The notes under the pieces: model-generated
What the model was told of the DNA's origin: nothing
Seen by the model: the letters and a program-made list of their open reading frames with translations, nothing else
Database searches by the model: none
In this document: one piece after another, positions 49,901 through 63,314 of the stretch
How the letters are laid out: each line of letters starts with the position of its first letter
Position numbering within the stretch: position 1 is the first letter of the stretch
Translations under genes and position numbers: made by a program
DNA from: Vicugna vicugna
Taxonomy: Eukaryota
Assembly (NCBI GenBank): GCA_013265495.1
Contig: MU061538.1
Span: forward strand, 682,001-746,000
DNA: 64,000 nt
Reading direction: 5' to 3'

Positions 49901-50840
49901 TGGTCCTGCTCAGAGCCCGACACACACCTCTGCTGCACCTGAGAAGGGCTGGAAGGGGCTTCGTGCGACAGAGCTCCCACAGGAAGTTCTGGAGGAGGGA
50001 CAGGCTTCATCCCGGGAGGTCCTTGCCCAGAGGCACCGCCCATCCCAAGCCCACAGAACCGGCCTCCAGCACGCACCGAGACGCCGGCCTGACGCGGGAC
50101 CAATGACGGACGCACACCTCACAACCTGCCGTGGTCACCCTGGCCACTCCCAGCGCTGAGAACCAGGACACAGACGCTTCAAACTGACGGATAATTCACA
50201 CTAAATCACTGCGGCCTTTCAACTCAGCCAGGGTCAAGCCTACGTGCACAGCCACACCACCACGCCGGCAGAGATAATCCAGAAACTCCTATGGGGAATT
50301 CGCTTAGAAGACCCACCTGGGCTCTCTAAGAAACTGTGCGCCAAGACGCAGGAAGGGGGCAGAGCTGGGGCCCCGGAGGCCCAGGGCAGCGAGCGCCCAG
50401 GGCACCGGGGGAGCGGCGAGCACCCAGGGCACCCAGCGGGGGGCCTCCCCTGGTGAAAGCGTGGTCAGCACCCGTCCAGTGGACGGCAGGCCCCCTCGGC
50501 GGGTGTGAGGCCGAGCTTTCAACTCAACACAAAGGCGGGGAGCAGCACAAAGGCGGTGGGGCCCCCAGTCTACAAGAAAAGATCCCCAGTAGTGAGCCGA
50601 AAGTTACAGAAAGGAGCGTCGCATGTGAACACAGCACCTGCCGTCTTCCACCCACCAAGAGAGACTGCACCCGCTTTAATGGGGGGTCTGGGGAGGGGAG
50701 GCGCCTCCCCCTGCCGCAGCCCTCAGGTCAGGACGCAGCAGCACAGGAGCGACTTCTGTCATCTCGGGGCCGGGGCTACGGAGCTGGGGCCGAGGTGGTG
50801 GGGGCCGAGGTGGCGGGGATGGGCGGCTCCCGGTGCACAC

Positions 50841-51056
50841 CTGCCGAGAACACAGAGGGGGGCTCCCAGCTGCCGGTGGCCCAGGGGCGGCCTGGCTCGT
50901 CCTCGTCATCACCAACGTAGTGGGATGCGTGTTTGGGCAGAGAGGCGGGCCGGTATGACTTCAGTGAGCGAGCGCTGGTGCTGGCGGGCTGGAAGGGCAG
51001 CGCGCTCTGGCCTCGTCGCCGACACTCCTCCTCGAAGGCGTCCTCGTCGGCCACAC
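50841..51056 (-). CDS. DNAJB6: DNAJB6 isoform a exon 9 (216 nt, phase 1 to phase 1)
   Basis: The acceptor is gctttcag|G at 51057/51056 and the donor is GCAG|gtgtgc at 50841/50840. It translates as (G)[71 protein letters not shown](G), homologous to human [25 protein letters not shown]... Confidence 0.93.
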
Positions 51057-54000
51057 CTGAAAGCACAGGACAGACGCACGTCAGGTTCTCCTACCCGACC
51101 TGGACACAGATGGGGCCCCTCCGTGGCCGCCACCCCCACCGCCACCATGGCCCCGCAGCAGCAAAGGAGGGCATCGCCTCACTCCCCCCACCGCTCTGCT
51201 GGGGCCTGGACTCGCCTTCCGGGGAGCAGCCGCTCCCCACCAACCCTCAGCACACGTTAGTGGGTCTGAGAGAGAGAGGGTGTCCTCTCGGAACCACGGT
51301 CAGGCTGGACCACCCGCCACAGTCGCATCGTCAGAGTCAGCCCAGGAGCCCCCGGCAGGAAGGGCTCCGGACTGTTGGCCTCCCCCGTAGGCAGCTTTGG
51401 CTCCGGGACCCGCACGCGGTGCTGAAACGAGCCTGGGGTGGGGGCAGCGGCCGTGGGCCCTGCGGCCCGCCCGCACCAGGCGCCTGCCACACCAGAAACA
51501 CCGCCAAGGACCACCTCACCGCTCGCAGGCCCGTGCTTCTGCTGGGCTTTTGAAACCAGGAGTTCTGCAGGTTAGGCAGGATGCTGGGGATGGACTCCAA
51601 CACAGCGGTAACGTTCACCGAGAGGGTCAGCGCCTTTCTCTTGAGACGTTTTGATGGCCAGTCACGTGGCGGAACGTGAGAAAGGCGCTGCTGGAAGTCC
51701 AGTAACGAGATGGCAAGCCCACCCGTCTGCTGGGTGGGCGCAGCGGCACCCTTCCTGGGCCCCTGGACACTCGGCTCCGTGTGTGCAGGGGGCGGGGGGT
51801 CCCAAACACCACGGCAGCCAGAGCCTCGAAGCCTGAGCCCAAGCAAATGAGCCGGAAGGGTCACCTCCTCGTGGAGTGTGAACCGAGGCCGGACGCCCGC
51901 GTGAGCTCTTCCTCTGCCCCCTGTGCAGGGGCCCCTCCACTCCTGCCTCCCCCGACCACTAGGCAGACCTGCTCGGGGAGGTGCTCCTGAAATGAGGCGT
52001 TTGTTACGAGAGACCTGCACTCACGGGGCTCCTATGCTCACAGCTGCCTGTGCTGCACACGTCGGCCCCGAGTGCCAGGCTGGGCGCGGGGAAGAGGTGC
52101 GGGGCCGCCCCTCCACCTCACCACACACCCGCACGCACGGCCCACCTGCACACCACACCTGCTCGGGCCCCGGCGTCCCCCCTCCGCCGGGTGCGCTGTC
52201 CGAGTCCCACCACCCACACCACAGAGCAGTTCGCGCCTGAGACCCCGGGGAGCCCATAACCTGGGTGGGGCCTGCGATGCAGACTCAGTTTCTGCTCCGG
52301 GACGGGCCACGCCTTATACAACCCAAGTGCCCCCATCAGGGAACAGCATTCTGGGGCTGGCGGAGAGCCGGCCTCCAGGCCACAGACCAGTCACAACCCC
52401 AACCCTCAAACAGAAGGGAGACGCGTTATCTGTGGACCCACGGAGGCCCTAAGGCTGGGAGGGAGGCCTGGCGCTCCGTGCCCGGGGCCTTGGCAGCCAC
52501 CACGTCAGATGCCCTGTCCTCAGCAGCCCTCCTGAGGACCACTGGCCGCCCCCACTGCGGGTCCTCAAAGTCAAAGGCCAGGCTGAAGAAACAGGCCCCG
52601 GGCCCGGCTGTCACTCCAGCCTCAAGCAAGCCCTCCACCTGCGGCGTGTGCTCCGTGGGCCCAGCCTCGCCCCCAGTGTGACTGCTGAGGAAGGGGCCAC
52701 AGGCTTTGGAATGAACACGCCTGTTTGCCTGCAGGAGGGCGGTGTGTAGGGCGGCTCCTGGGGCAGGAGCGCTCAGGGCTGCAAAGTCTAACACCCACAC
52801 GCGGGCCCCGTCTGATTCCCAGATACATGGAGCCCTTTCAAGGGAGTGGGACCCATGGAGCTGGGTCCAGGAGGTCACTGCCGTGGAGACCTGACATCAA
52901 ACCTGCACTTGAAGCAGAAAGCAGGGAGGCGCTGGCGTCTCAGCATGACCCCAGCCCACGCTCAGCTTCTCCCCACCTTGGATGGAAGAGGACCTGGACC
53001 CTGTACAGGGAGGGGCTGTGGAGACTCCCGGAGGCCTGAGGCCGAGCAGTGGTCCACTCCCTGGTGGTTCAGATGATTTCAGGGTGACACCTTTGGGGCA
53101 CAGGACACGCTGGCACGTTTGATCTGAGAAGGGGGGTGACCACAATGGCCCTAGACTTGGAGGAGGCAGGGGCCTGAGGGCCAGTTTCAGCGGCTTCACT
53201 CACCTCACCTGCAGCGAGGTCCGCACCTCAGGTCACCCCAAACCCACGGGTGCCCGTCAGCTGTTCAGGGAGACCCGCCTCCACATCCCCCGTGTGCAGC
53301 CGTGGCTCCGCCGAGACTCACCTCCCATGGCGGAGCGCGAGGCTGGTCTGTCCCGCCGCTCGCCTGCGCTTCTCCGGGATGGTCTCCGGGAGCCAGAGTG
53401 CGGGCGGGGAGGTCCCCCCGGCCGTGCTGTCACCCCAGGCACACCGGCCCATCGCCTGGCCCAGCTGCCAGCTTCCTCCTTCCGGAGCCGCCCCGCCCCG
53501 GGCCCTGCCCCTGATCTCAGGGCCGCCTGCAAACCCTGTGTCTGCTGTTCAGAAGATGAAATAGTCACTCAAGTGTTGAGCTTGGCTGTCGGAGAACAAG
53601 CACTCGAGCATGGGAAACAGTCACCACCCAGGCTTAGGGTCCCAGTTGTCTCCCCAAAGGCCAGGCACTCTGGGACCCTGGGACACACTCCGCGTCCAGA
53701 GGTGGTCGGACCACTGACCAGAGAGCACGGAACTGCAGGACTACAGCGGCCTGGCATGACAGGCCGCTCTCTCCTGGGTGTGGAGCCCCTCCCTGAGCAT
53801 CAGGGCAGCTGTGCCTCCCCCCCACTGCCCAGGGCAGAGCCAGCTCAAGCCCCTCTCTCCCACACAGGCCCTGAGCACCACCCGCTTCACGCCCCGCCTC
53901 TGCCAAGCCCCCCTCCCAGCCGGCCCACGTTCTCTGCATCAGGGGTCACCCAGGGGCAGAGGGAGGGGCAGCAGGTGATGGCCAGGTCTCGGGCTTGGCC

Positions 54001-57000
54001 TCCCAGGAAAGCCCCGTCTGGGGACACCCAGCCGGGATGCCGACTGCCCCATGTGGTCAGCCCTGGAGGCCCCCAGACAACGTCCCGAGCTCCAGAGGTC
54101 CTGGGTCTGGACCCCACGAAGTCTCCATGACGCCCGGCTGCGCCTCAAGTACCAGGGAAAGGGTTTGAAGAAAAGAGAGAAAGGTGGTGACTAAGAACCT
54201 TACCCGAGCATCTCTGCTGGGGACCTTCTGGAAGGAAGCCCTCGACGTGCGCTTGTTCCAGCACTCATTCTGAACCCACTGTACTAAACCCAGGATTCCA
54301 CCAGGCGCTGACAGATTCACAAAAGGACGCCCCATCCTCAGAAGGGACACAGCGGTGCGTGGCACACACCCACGGGAGGGGAGCTGACTGGGGCGACAGC
54401 TTTTGTCAAAGCCAGTGGTGGGATCCTCCTCCCAGACAAACTCAAGTGGCCTGGCTCTGACCAGGCGGCCAGTGGGGCCCGTGGCCTCCAGCGCTGTGAC
54501 CCGCACTGTGGACAAAGCGTGAACGAACTGGACTGGTGCCACCCACAGCTTCTGAGCAGGACAAACGAGAAGAAAATGGGGAGTGGGTCAGCAGACACGC
54601 GCAGGGGAAGGAGGGCAGTCCCGGGCTGGGAAGGGCTGTCCTGTCCCAGTGACCCCAGGGCCAGCTGGCCCCTCAGAACAGCAGCCCCGACCTGCTCTCC
54701 ACCGTGTGCAAACGGGCTACGCCCCAGGAGCACTGACCTAACTCCTCCTGGACACAGACCGGCCGGGGTTTGGAGAGGACCCCAGCCCGGGTCCTGAACC
54801 ACTGCCCCGAGACGCCCCTCGGGCCTCCTCAGGACAGGTCCTGCCCAGAGCAGAGGCGGTCCTGCCTTCGGGGCAGACAAGGCTGCCGGACATCCGAGCT
54901 TGGCACTGCGGACACCACATCCCTGGGGGCCGTGGGACCCCAGAGTGGCCACCCATCAGCCAGGTCCTGGACCAGAAGTACCAGGCACCCTGGAGACGAG
55001 CGAGAGCGGTGCGCAGAGCGGGGCCTCTCCAAGGCAGGGGGGTCTGGGGGGCGCGACCCAAGAACGCATGGGAACGGCCGCTCCAGCCTGAACTCCGCTG
55101 CAGCGCATCATCTGTTTTGGGGCTTTCCTGTCGCAGTGCCTCCAGACCTCATCCTCACAGCCTCCCCTGTACCCCAAATGTCAGAAGGCCACGTGACACT
55201 GGACACGGAGGCACCTGGCTGCTCCCCGAATGGGCACTGGCAAAGAATGCCGTCCCCCGACTGCGAGTGCAGGTGGGGAGCCCCTGAGCTGGTCTTCTGC
55301 TCCGGGATCCCCGTCCTCCCTGGCCTCCAGCAGGGCGTCCTCGGCGGCAGAACTGAACTGACCTAGACGGCAGGGACGCACTGGCCTGAGGGCGCAGCAG
55401 ACGGTGAGCGGGCGATGGGAGCCCCGCTGAGCAGCCAGGGTCCGGAAGTCAGATGGCAGGGGGGGCACACACCACCTGCCCAGCTCCGTGAGTCGGGCTG
55501 TGAGCCCAGCTGTGCAGGAAAACACGGCTGCCCTGAGCCCGATCACAGAATTCTCGTCTAAGACCGTGCTTCCCAAAGCAGAGGGGAAGCTCTCCGCTGG
55601 TGGCGGGAGCACCACCAGGAAGTAAAGCCCCGAGGCTCTCCTTGGCCAGGTGCTCTTGACCGGAAGACACCATCGCTCTGCAACTACACAGAGCCGTGCC
55701 CTCCCCAGAAGAGGCACTCAGCCAAAAGCAACTTTTCCTTAAACGTCTCAGCCCCACAGCACTTACTTGTTACTGTCAGGATGAGCCCGGCCCACTTTCG
55801 TGACTAAAGACCTGGGGTCGGTCTCCTTCCTTTCTTGGTCCCCCCACGTGGTCGTCCCAACCACGGGCTAAACGAGAACTCAGAACGCCCGTGCTGTAAG
55901 TTAACATCATCTGGCAAAAACACTCTGAAGCATCTTCGAGTCAGAGAAGGTGAGCCCGCAGTCGGCACCTGGAAGGACACGCTGCCGCCCCCTCACGAGG
56001 AGAGAAGGCTCCCTGCGGGCCACGCCCCACCCTGGGCCACCACGGGGAGCGCCCCAGCCCTGCACACGGCTCCAGAAGACCCCCACCAACTAAGACCCAG
56101 CGACACTACGCTGACACCCATCCTCATGGACCCACATGGTGCCTCGGGGTGGACCCAGAAAGCGAGGGCTGCCACTCCTGTCTCAGCCCCACCCACAGTC
56201 CCGGCTTCTCTCCACAGACTCTTCCAAACTCCCCACGCTGCTGTCAGTCGCTAACACACTCCTCTTCGGTGGAAGTTTACCACTAACTGTTTGTAGACAC
56301 TGTGAGTTCGGCAATCTGCGCTACATAAAGGCCAGACGCGTTACTTAGAGAAGCACAGATGAGCCACATCTTAATTCTACAACCCAAACGGAACTGACTG
56401 TTTTGGTATAGTTTCCACTAGCCTTTTCCTGTGCACAAATTAACGATTAAAGCATTCGAATTAACTAAAGTTTACCCTGCTTACAACGGATCAGACCCCC
56501 TTCTCATTTCGGAAGCTGAACACACCAGGACACCCTGCCCTCTAGGACCAAGTTCAATGAAATTTAAAAACAAAGCCGAGATCTGCCAGGATCCCCGCCA
56601 GGGCACACTGAAATCATGGAGCAACTATGAAAGGAATGTTCCGGCCGCTGTCACATGTGCACAGCCACCACACCAAACACTTCAGTTCTCTCCCCAAATG
56701 GAGTCCGAACGCAGAACAGGAATCCGGCTGATAACATGCAAATAAAAACAAACTTCCACATACAAAGGCACAATCACTTTGCCCAAATATGTACAACCCA
56801 AGAGGCCTTGCTTATGGCTGGTTTCGGGCTGTTTTTTGGTTGGTGGGGGCGGTTAATCTCATACTTAATCAAATCATGAATACCACCCTGACATTTTTAG
56901 ATTATTCAAACATCCAAAAATGCATCCATCCCTGGACGCAACACTGTAAACTGACTGTACCTCAATCAGAAACGAAGAGAAGGGAGGAGGGACGCTAACC

Positions 57001-60000
57001 CGTGGTTCCGGGGGTGGGGGCACGGGTGCACACGCTGCACAGCGCGGCACCGCTGGCCAGCACGGGGAGCTGCGCGCTCAACTCCTGGCAGCAGCCACAA
57101 CGGAGCAGAGCGTGAACGCGAGTACCTGCACATACGTGCAGGACGGAGACGCCCTGACGCAGCCCCACACGCGGACTTGACATCAGTTCAGCGCACTTCA
57201 CTGCCTGACCTGCGGGCGTCGCAGCTCAGCCCACCTCGCACGTGCCGGGACACTTCCATCAGCCCACAGCCCGGCCTTCGTCTAACACAGCTGATTTTAT
57301 AAAGCACTGAATATCTAAAAAAACAAAAAGCAGCACCAGCCGGCTAGAGCCCGGCAGCGGCCCTGGCCTCGCCCTGACGCCGCAGGCAGGGGCAGCAAGG
57401 GCGGGGCTGCGGGAGGTCGAGCCATGATTAGGGCGCAGCAGAGAGCAGCTGTAAAGGACGAAGTGCAGCACAAGACATACCCAAAAATACCTCGTAAGCT
57501 CAGGAGCTCTGAGCGGCTTTAAACAGGGGAGTGACTTAATCCTCGTAACCAGATCTCGGGACGCGGTGGCCACGCAGACGTGGACGGAGAAGTGGTTCCA
57601 GGAAGGGGACACCAAGTGGGGAGGGCGTCCAGGCTCTGGCGGGAGGGGCTGGCAGCAGCTACGTGGATACAGGAACAGGGGCCCAGAGTAAAGGTCAAGG
57701 AGGGCACAGAAGACACTCCAGCCCGAGCCTCTCGGAGTTTAAGATGAGCTAGTGCACAGAATCCACACCAAGGGCAAAGGTCCCCGCCCCCCGTGCAAGC
57801 GCAGCCGGGCCTCAGCGGGTCACACCTGAGGATGTGCACCACTTCACAGCCGTACAGAACGCAGGATGTTCTCACACGGCAGCTGTCCCATCACCGCACG
57901 TCAAGTTTTCTCCCAGTTAACCCAGCAACTCCAACCAAGCAGGGGCGCGGGCGGGGGGGTGCCCTGAGCTGACTGGGCTTCTCATCTCAAAGAGGTAGAA
58001 CCCCCGGCAGAGCTGGGAGATGGCAAAGGCGACGACTGACAGACAGAGACTGGGGATCAAGTGAGACCAAAGCACAGGAGAGGCGCCCGAGGCAGCTGCA
58101 GGCCCCGCAGAGCTGGCAGGCGGCGGCCCTCAAGAGGAAGCTGGGGGAAAGCTGGGTGCAAACTAGAGCAGCAAACACAAGCGAGGGCACGAAGAAAGCA
58201 CGCCTAGCGTGCGCCTGCAGGACGCCCACGGCGGTGAACCTGCGGCCACCAACACACACCTTTCCACTGAAGAAACCGGGACCGCGGCGCAGGGAGTCAC
58301 AGGAGCACGTGGAGACCGCACAGGACCACCCCTCAGCAGAGCAGACAAAGGGCCGGTAAACCTGGACTCAGAGGCGCTGGGAGGCAAGGCTCTGCAGAGA
58401 GGCAAGCCTCTCCCCGCCAGAGGCGCGCCGCCCCGGGCCTGAGCAGAGAAACTGCTAACAGTCAGTACAGGCAGATGTGAGGGCCCCACCGTCGACAGGA
58501 GCGTGCTCTTGGTGCAGAACAACTTACGACGACTGGATTCAAACATACACATTTCCCAACCCAGTCATGCCACCTCTAGGCACCTCATTTAATGGAACTC
58601 CTCCGACAAGAGCACAGACTCGATGCAAATACCTCAGAAATCAAGGGAAGGAGATACCAACCTCTACTAGGCTGCGCCAGGCTCTCAGGCCAGGGCCCCA
58701 GCGGGTGCAGGTGTGCACAGCCAGCGAGCACGCACCACGGGCCTGAACACTGCTCCAGCCTCGCGCCCACCAGGTGACGACTCAGGACAGCAGGTGACCA
58801 GCAGCAAGCGCTGGAGTCCGCGGGAACCTCTCCTGTCCCTTCTGAGGCCACCACGCCTCTCACACGTCATCACGGGTCAGCTGTGCACAGACTTTTCATC
58901 AGAGTCCCCAGAAGAGGGTAACACGAGTGGCGCATGGACAACCCCATTCCCTTCCTGGCTGGATTCCACCCAGAATCTCAGGTAGAGGCACCAGCCTCGG
59001 CTCAGGCCTGGCTACCAGCAGTGCTCCCAACTTTAAGGGCGGGCAGGACCTGGCAGCCCAGCAGGGAGCCTGCAGGTGCCTCCTCCTCCTCCCCCCGCCC
59101 CGAGGAGAGGCGGGCAGCAGGGCAGGGTTAGGAGACCCGCCTGCAGAAGGTGGGGGGGGTGGGGGGCCGGCCACACTCTGGGCTGGTTCCCCTCTTCCTC
59201 GTGTGCAGTCACTGGGACTCACGGTCAACTCTGGTGAGCGCTAGGTTTTCAGGAGCTCCGGGAGTGTCTGTAATCAGGAGGGAGGGCCACCTCATTCCAA
59301 TTGTAAGTACAAACGCTCCCGAAGAGGTGAAACCCCTGGAGCTGCCCCGTGGGCACGACCGAAGAGTGGCTTCTGCAGGAGCGCCAGCCAACACTGCGTG
59401 GATGCTGGGGGTGGTTTTCATATCCGTGGTGGAGTCCTACGTTTCCCGCACCTGAGATCTTTACTTCTGTCCCCCTGTTGGCTTTTGCTACAACTGTTTC
59501 CTAGAGAAAACCACCCCTTGATCCTGGCTCTCCCCGTCAGAACTGGTGCCCTGAACACCTGCAGTCCAGGCCTCCTGGACACTCAGCTGACATCCGCACG
59601 TGCGTTCACACCTACACACAGCGCGGGTGACACTAAATTGTGTATCGGTGGGACTGGGAGATTCTGGTACCCAGCACCCTCCTGAGGAAATTCTGCCTCC
59701 AAATTTTAAGCTGGAAAGCCATTTAGAAAAGAATCACAGCGATGGGACTTGTTAGATTTTTGGTACACATGTTAAACATTGTGTGCAGACTGAAACGCCT
59801 TGTCTGAGTCCCAAAACCACCAATAAATCTCAACTATGAAAAGAAATGGGGGGAAAGGCCTAAGATGAGCAAGTCTCAGAAAGCGGGCCACGCTGAGCTC
59901 ACTCTCGGGGTGGGTGGGCCGCCCCCCACCCCAGCTCCAAGCTGTCAGCTCCACACTGACCACACAGTAGGCAGCCCCCCCAGCTCCCAGCCCCACACAG

Positions 60001-62680
60001 GCCACCCAGTAGGCAGCTCTAGTCCCGTTCGCAGAGCAGCAGGAGACAGGATCCCACCAGGTTTCTGTACCCGTTTCCAGCTCTGGGGTCCCACGGCACG
60101 TCTCCCTGGGACCTGCTGCAGGTGAGGCAGGCCTGCCCGCGTGCAGGACACACAAGAGGAAGGGGAAGGGGAGAGAAGGGTGTGACGCAGCTCCTTTTAA
60201 GAATCAAGCCAATCCCCCTGGGATAGAAAAGGCTGGCGTGGGCCCAGCCGGCTCACCAGGCATGGAGACAGGGTGCCCCAAGCCCACGCTCCAGGGGCAC
60301 CGGGGAGGTGAGCGCTGAGGACAGCAGCACGCTCTGGGCTGACTGAGCAGGCACTCGGGGACGCTCGCAGTGCCACATGCTGGGAACGCAGAGCCCCTGT
60401 CTCACGGGATCTGTGCTCCGGGGGGGCTGGACTGCAGGGCAGGAGGGAAAGGGGAAGTCTCAGTCGTCCCTGAAGTGCACAGCTGACCCAGGTCCAAAAA
60501 CTCAGTTAATGGTTTGTAAGCAGTTTGGTAAGATCAACGGACAGAGGACACGAAGCCAAGGAAGCAGAGCAAGTGGCAGGCCTGTGACGCCCAATGCCAC
60601 TTCCAGCAGCCAAGACGCCCAGGTCCCAGCCAGGCCTCGTCTCTGGAAATCCGGAGTCACCTAACTGCTCGATTTCTGATGGACAGAGAAAGAGCCGCCG
60701 TAACTTTCCCTCCTCTGACCTTCCAAAAAGCAGGGGGGGGGGGAGCGGACAGGAGCCGTTCGTATGATCGATCGTGTGTCAACCGCTGGTCACACTGAGC
60801 ACCAAGTCTCCACCTCGTTAACCCAATTTATCAGGAGTACAGGAACTAGCAGGCGCAAAGGCGCCGAGACGGGAACGCAAGGCCTGCCACGCAGCCGGCG
60901 TGGGCAAGTATCTAGAGCACAAGTGGGAGAACGGACGGGGGAGACGTGACAGAGGGAGACCCTGATCACTTCAGCAGATGTCTCCAGACTCGCGTCATGA
61001 AACCACCGTCAAAGCACCAGCCACCTTGGAAATACCTCAAAGGGAGACAGAATCTTGTACCTGCATTTAAAAAAAAAAAGGGCCGTCAGATCGCACCAAC
61101 ACTGCGTGCGTGACCCTGCCGGAGGCTGCGCCCTGAGGTGCAGCAGCACAGACAAATCCAGCTCAACGTTACTCTGTATTCTCTGAAGATGTTTCCGTGG
61201 GATTACATCGAGCTGAAAGGCAGGGCAAGCAGAGCGGGCCCCTGAGGAGGCTCACGCAGCCCGAGGGCGACAAGCCGACACGGGGGACACGGGGGCTCAG
61301 CAGGCGGCGGGCAGAACGAGCCCTGGCGGGGGAGGCGCTGCCCAGAGCGCCCCAGAGACGTCGGCAGACCAGACCCACCGGGCCTAACCCGGGGGATGTC
61401 AGGGAACTGAGGCCACCGCGGCAACGTCCACAGCCCGCCCTCGGGAGGACACAGGGTGTGGGGGGCCCCCACGCAGGCACTCCGGTGCCGTCTGTACCAG
61501 ACTCAGCTGCTGGGTTCCCACAGCCACAGCCGAGAGCTTGGGGACTCGCCTGTGTCAGACAGGACACGAGGCAGCAGCACTTACTGAACTACGTCAAACC
61601 CGCCCAGGGAGGAGCCACGGGACGAGAGGAGCAGAGCCCAGACAGCCGCAGCACACGGCCGCCCCGCACGATGCTGCCCGGGGAGCTGCACGAAGACCCG
61701 CGCCTCCAACGGCCGCGCGGGTCCCCCAGAGGACACGGAGCACCCGCCAGTCCCCACCTGGACCGAGCACACCGCCACCGGCAGCTGGGGGCAGCGGGCA
61801 CTCGGCTTTCCTGCTGCAGAGGCATTCAGGACCACAGGAAGTTGGTTTGGTTTTTTTTCTCTTTAAAATCAGGAAGCATAGGGACCAACAAATGGCCAGA
61901 ACCTGTCACGTAAATTACCTGCTATTCTTCCAAGCTGCTCCTTCTGTGAGTGGTGCTCCCAGTGCTGGAAACACTGGCCTAACTGTTCCAAGCCACCTCC
62001 CAGGACGCTGGGCTCAGCCCCCAGGAATGAACTTGACCGTTTTCAAATACTGGAGGAGCGAGACCTGACAGCAGCAAGTCCTCCCACTGCTAGATCAACC
62101 GTCCCACTGGCAGAGTGCAGAGCGGCAACTGTCCCAAGTGGAAATGACAGACCGCCAACTGCGGGGGTCCCTCAACAACACTTCACATGAGTCACCTTTA
62201 CCTGCAACGTCAAGGTCGTCAAGGTCAAGGTAACCGTTCACAGCTGGGGCTGCAGTGGTTGCAAACTCTGCCATCCGAGGACACTGAGGCATGTGAAACC
62301 AAGGTTCCGATCAAACGGTTCCTCGGAAACCAACCTCGGTGGGCTGGACACGACTCCGTTCCTTTCCCTGGTCTCCCTGGGGACCCTCAAGCTGGCTCTA
62401 TCCAGTGGTTTGTTCCAACCATCTTGACAAGTACGCACGCTGCGTCTGGGGAGGGCCAGTTACTCCCATGTCTCTCAGCAACACAGAACCACCCACCCTA
62501 ACAGCAGGAACGGACGGAGGCTCTCTGGTGCTCAACTTTTGAGTTCGTGAAACTGTATTCTACAGTGTGGTTTCCAACACGTGACGTATCTGCACATCTC
62601 CCTTATCCAAAGGGTCTGTGAACTAAGATGGCGCACTGACGCACCTTTTCCACTGTTCCCCTTATTTATCTTCGGGTACT

Positions 62681-62686
62681 TTTATT
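62681..62686 (-). terminator. Candidate distal AATAAA for a longer isoform b 3' UTR
   Basis: Plus-strand tttatt lies at the end of the AT-rich block 62640-63000. Confidence 0.45.
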
Positions 62687-63314
62687 TTGCAATGACTTTT
62701 TAAAAAATACATTATTTGAGGTTTTGAGATTTAAAAAACACCTTTTACTTGTTTTCAGGACTACATTAGATTCTTTAAAGACTGTGCGGTACCGTCTGCC
62801 TTCAGCCAAGCCTGCACTGACAGGAAAAACCCTCAGCAACCGCTCGTCGAAACACAGGCGAGCGTGGCTCTGTGAACGCACTCGTCTTCCTCTGCCAGGA
62901 ACTCTCGTCACCAGTGGTCACCACGACAGAGTATACAGATTGAAAACCAAAACACCTTCACTTTTGCCCACACCTGTGTCGTTCCACAATCTTACCATTC
63001 GTATCTTCTTTAAATGAGCTGGCGTCAAAAACCACCCAGGAGACTAGAGCGCACTCTGCAGAGCAGAGAGTGGAACAGCCGCCTCCCCTCTCCCCGCAGA
63101 AACGTTATCCCCCGGGACATACACTGCCGGTAGTCACTCAACGTAAAGCCGAGAATCGTCATACAGATCTTCGTACGACTCCAAACGGACCGAAGAATAC
63201 ACGTAACAATTTCAGCGTCCGCCTCAGCGGGCAGACGCAACCGTCAGGAGGCGACACTGGAAGCCCAGACACAAAGTCACACGGACACAGGAGGCCGCGC
63301 CTCGCTCAGGAAAG

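Noticed and set aside
51405-52205. REST/NRSE half-sites (GGTGCTGAA near 51418; GCGCTGTCCG near 52192)
   Set aside because: Each lacks its partner half at the canonical spacing.
56600-59900. Several faint L1-like fragments in intron 8
   Set aside because: They are too degraded to assign boundaries or family without an alignment.
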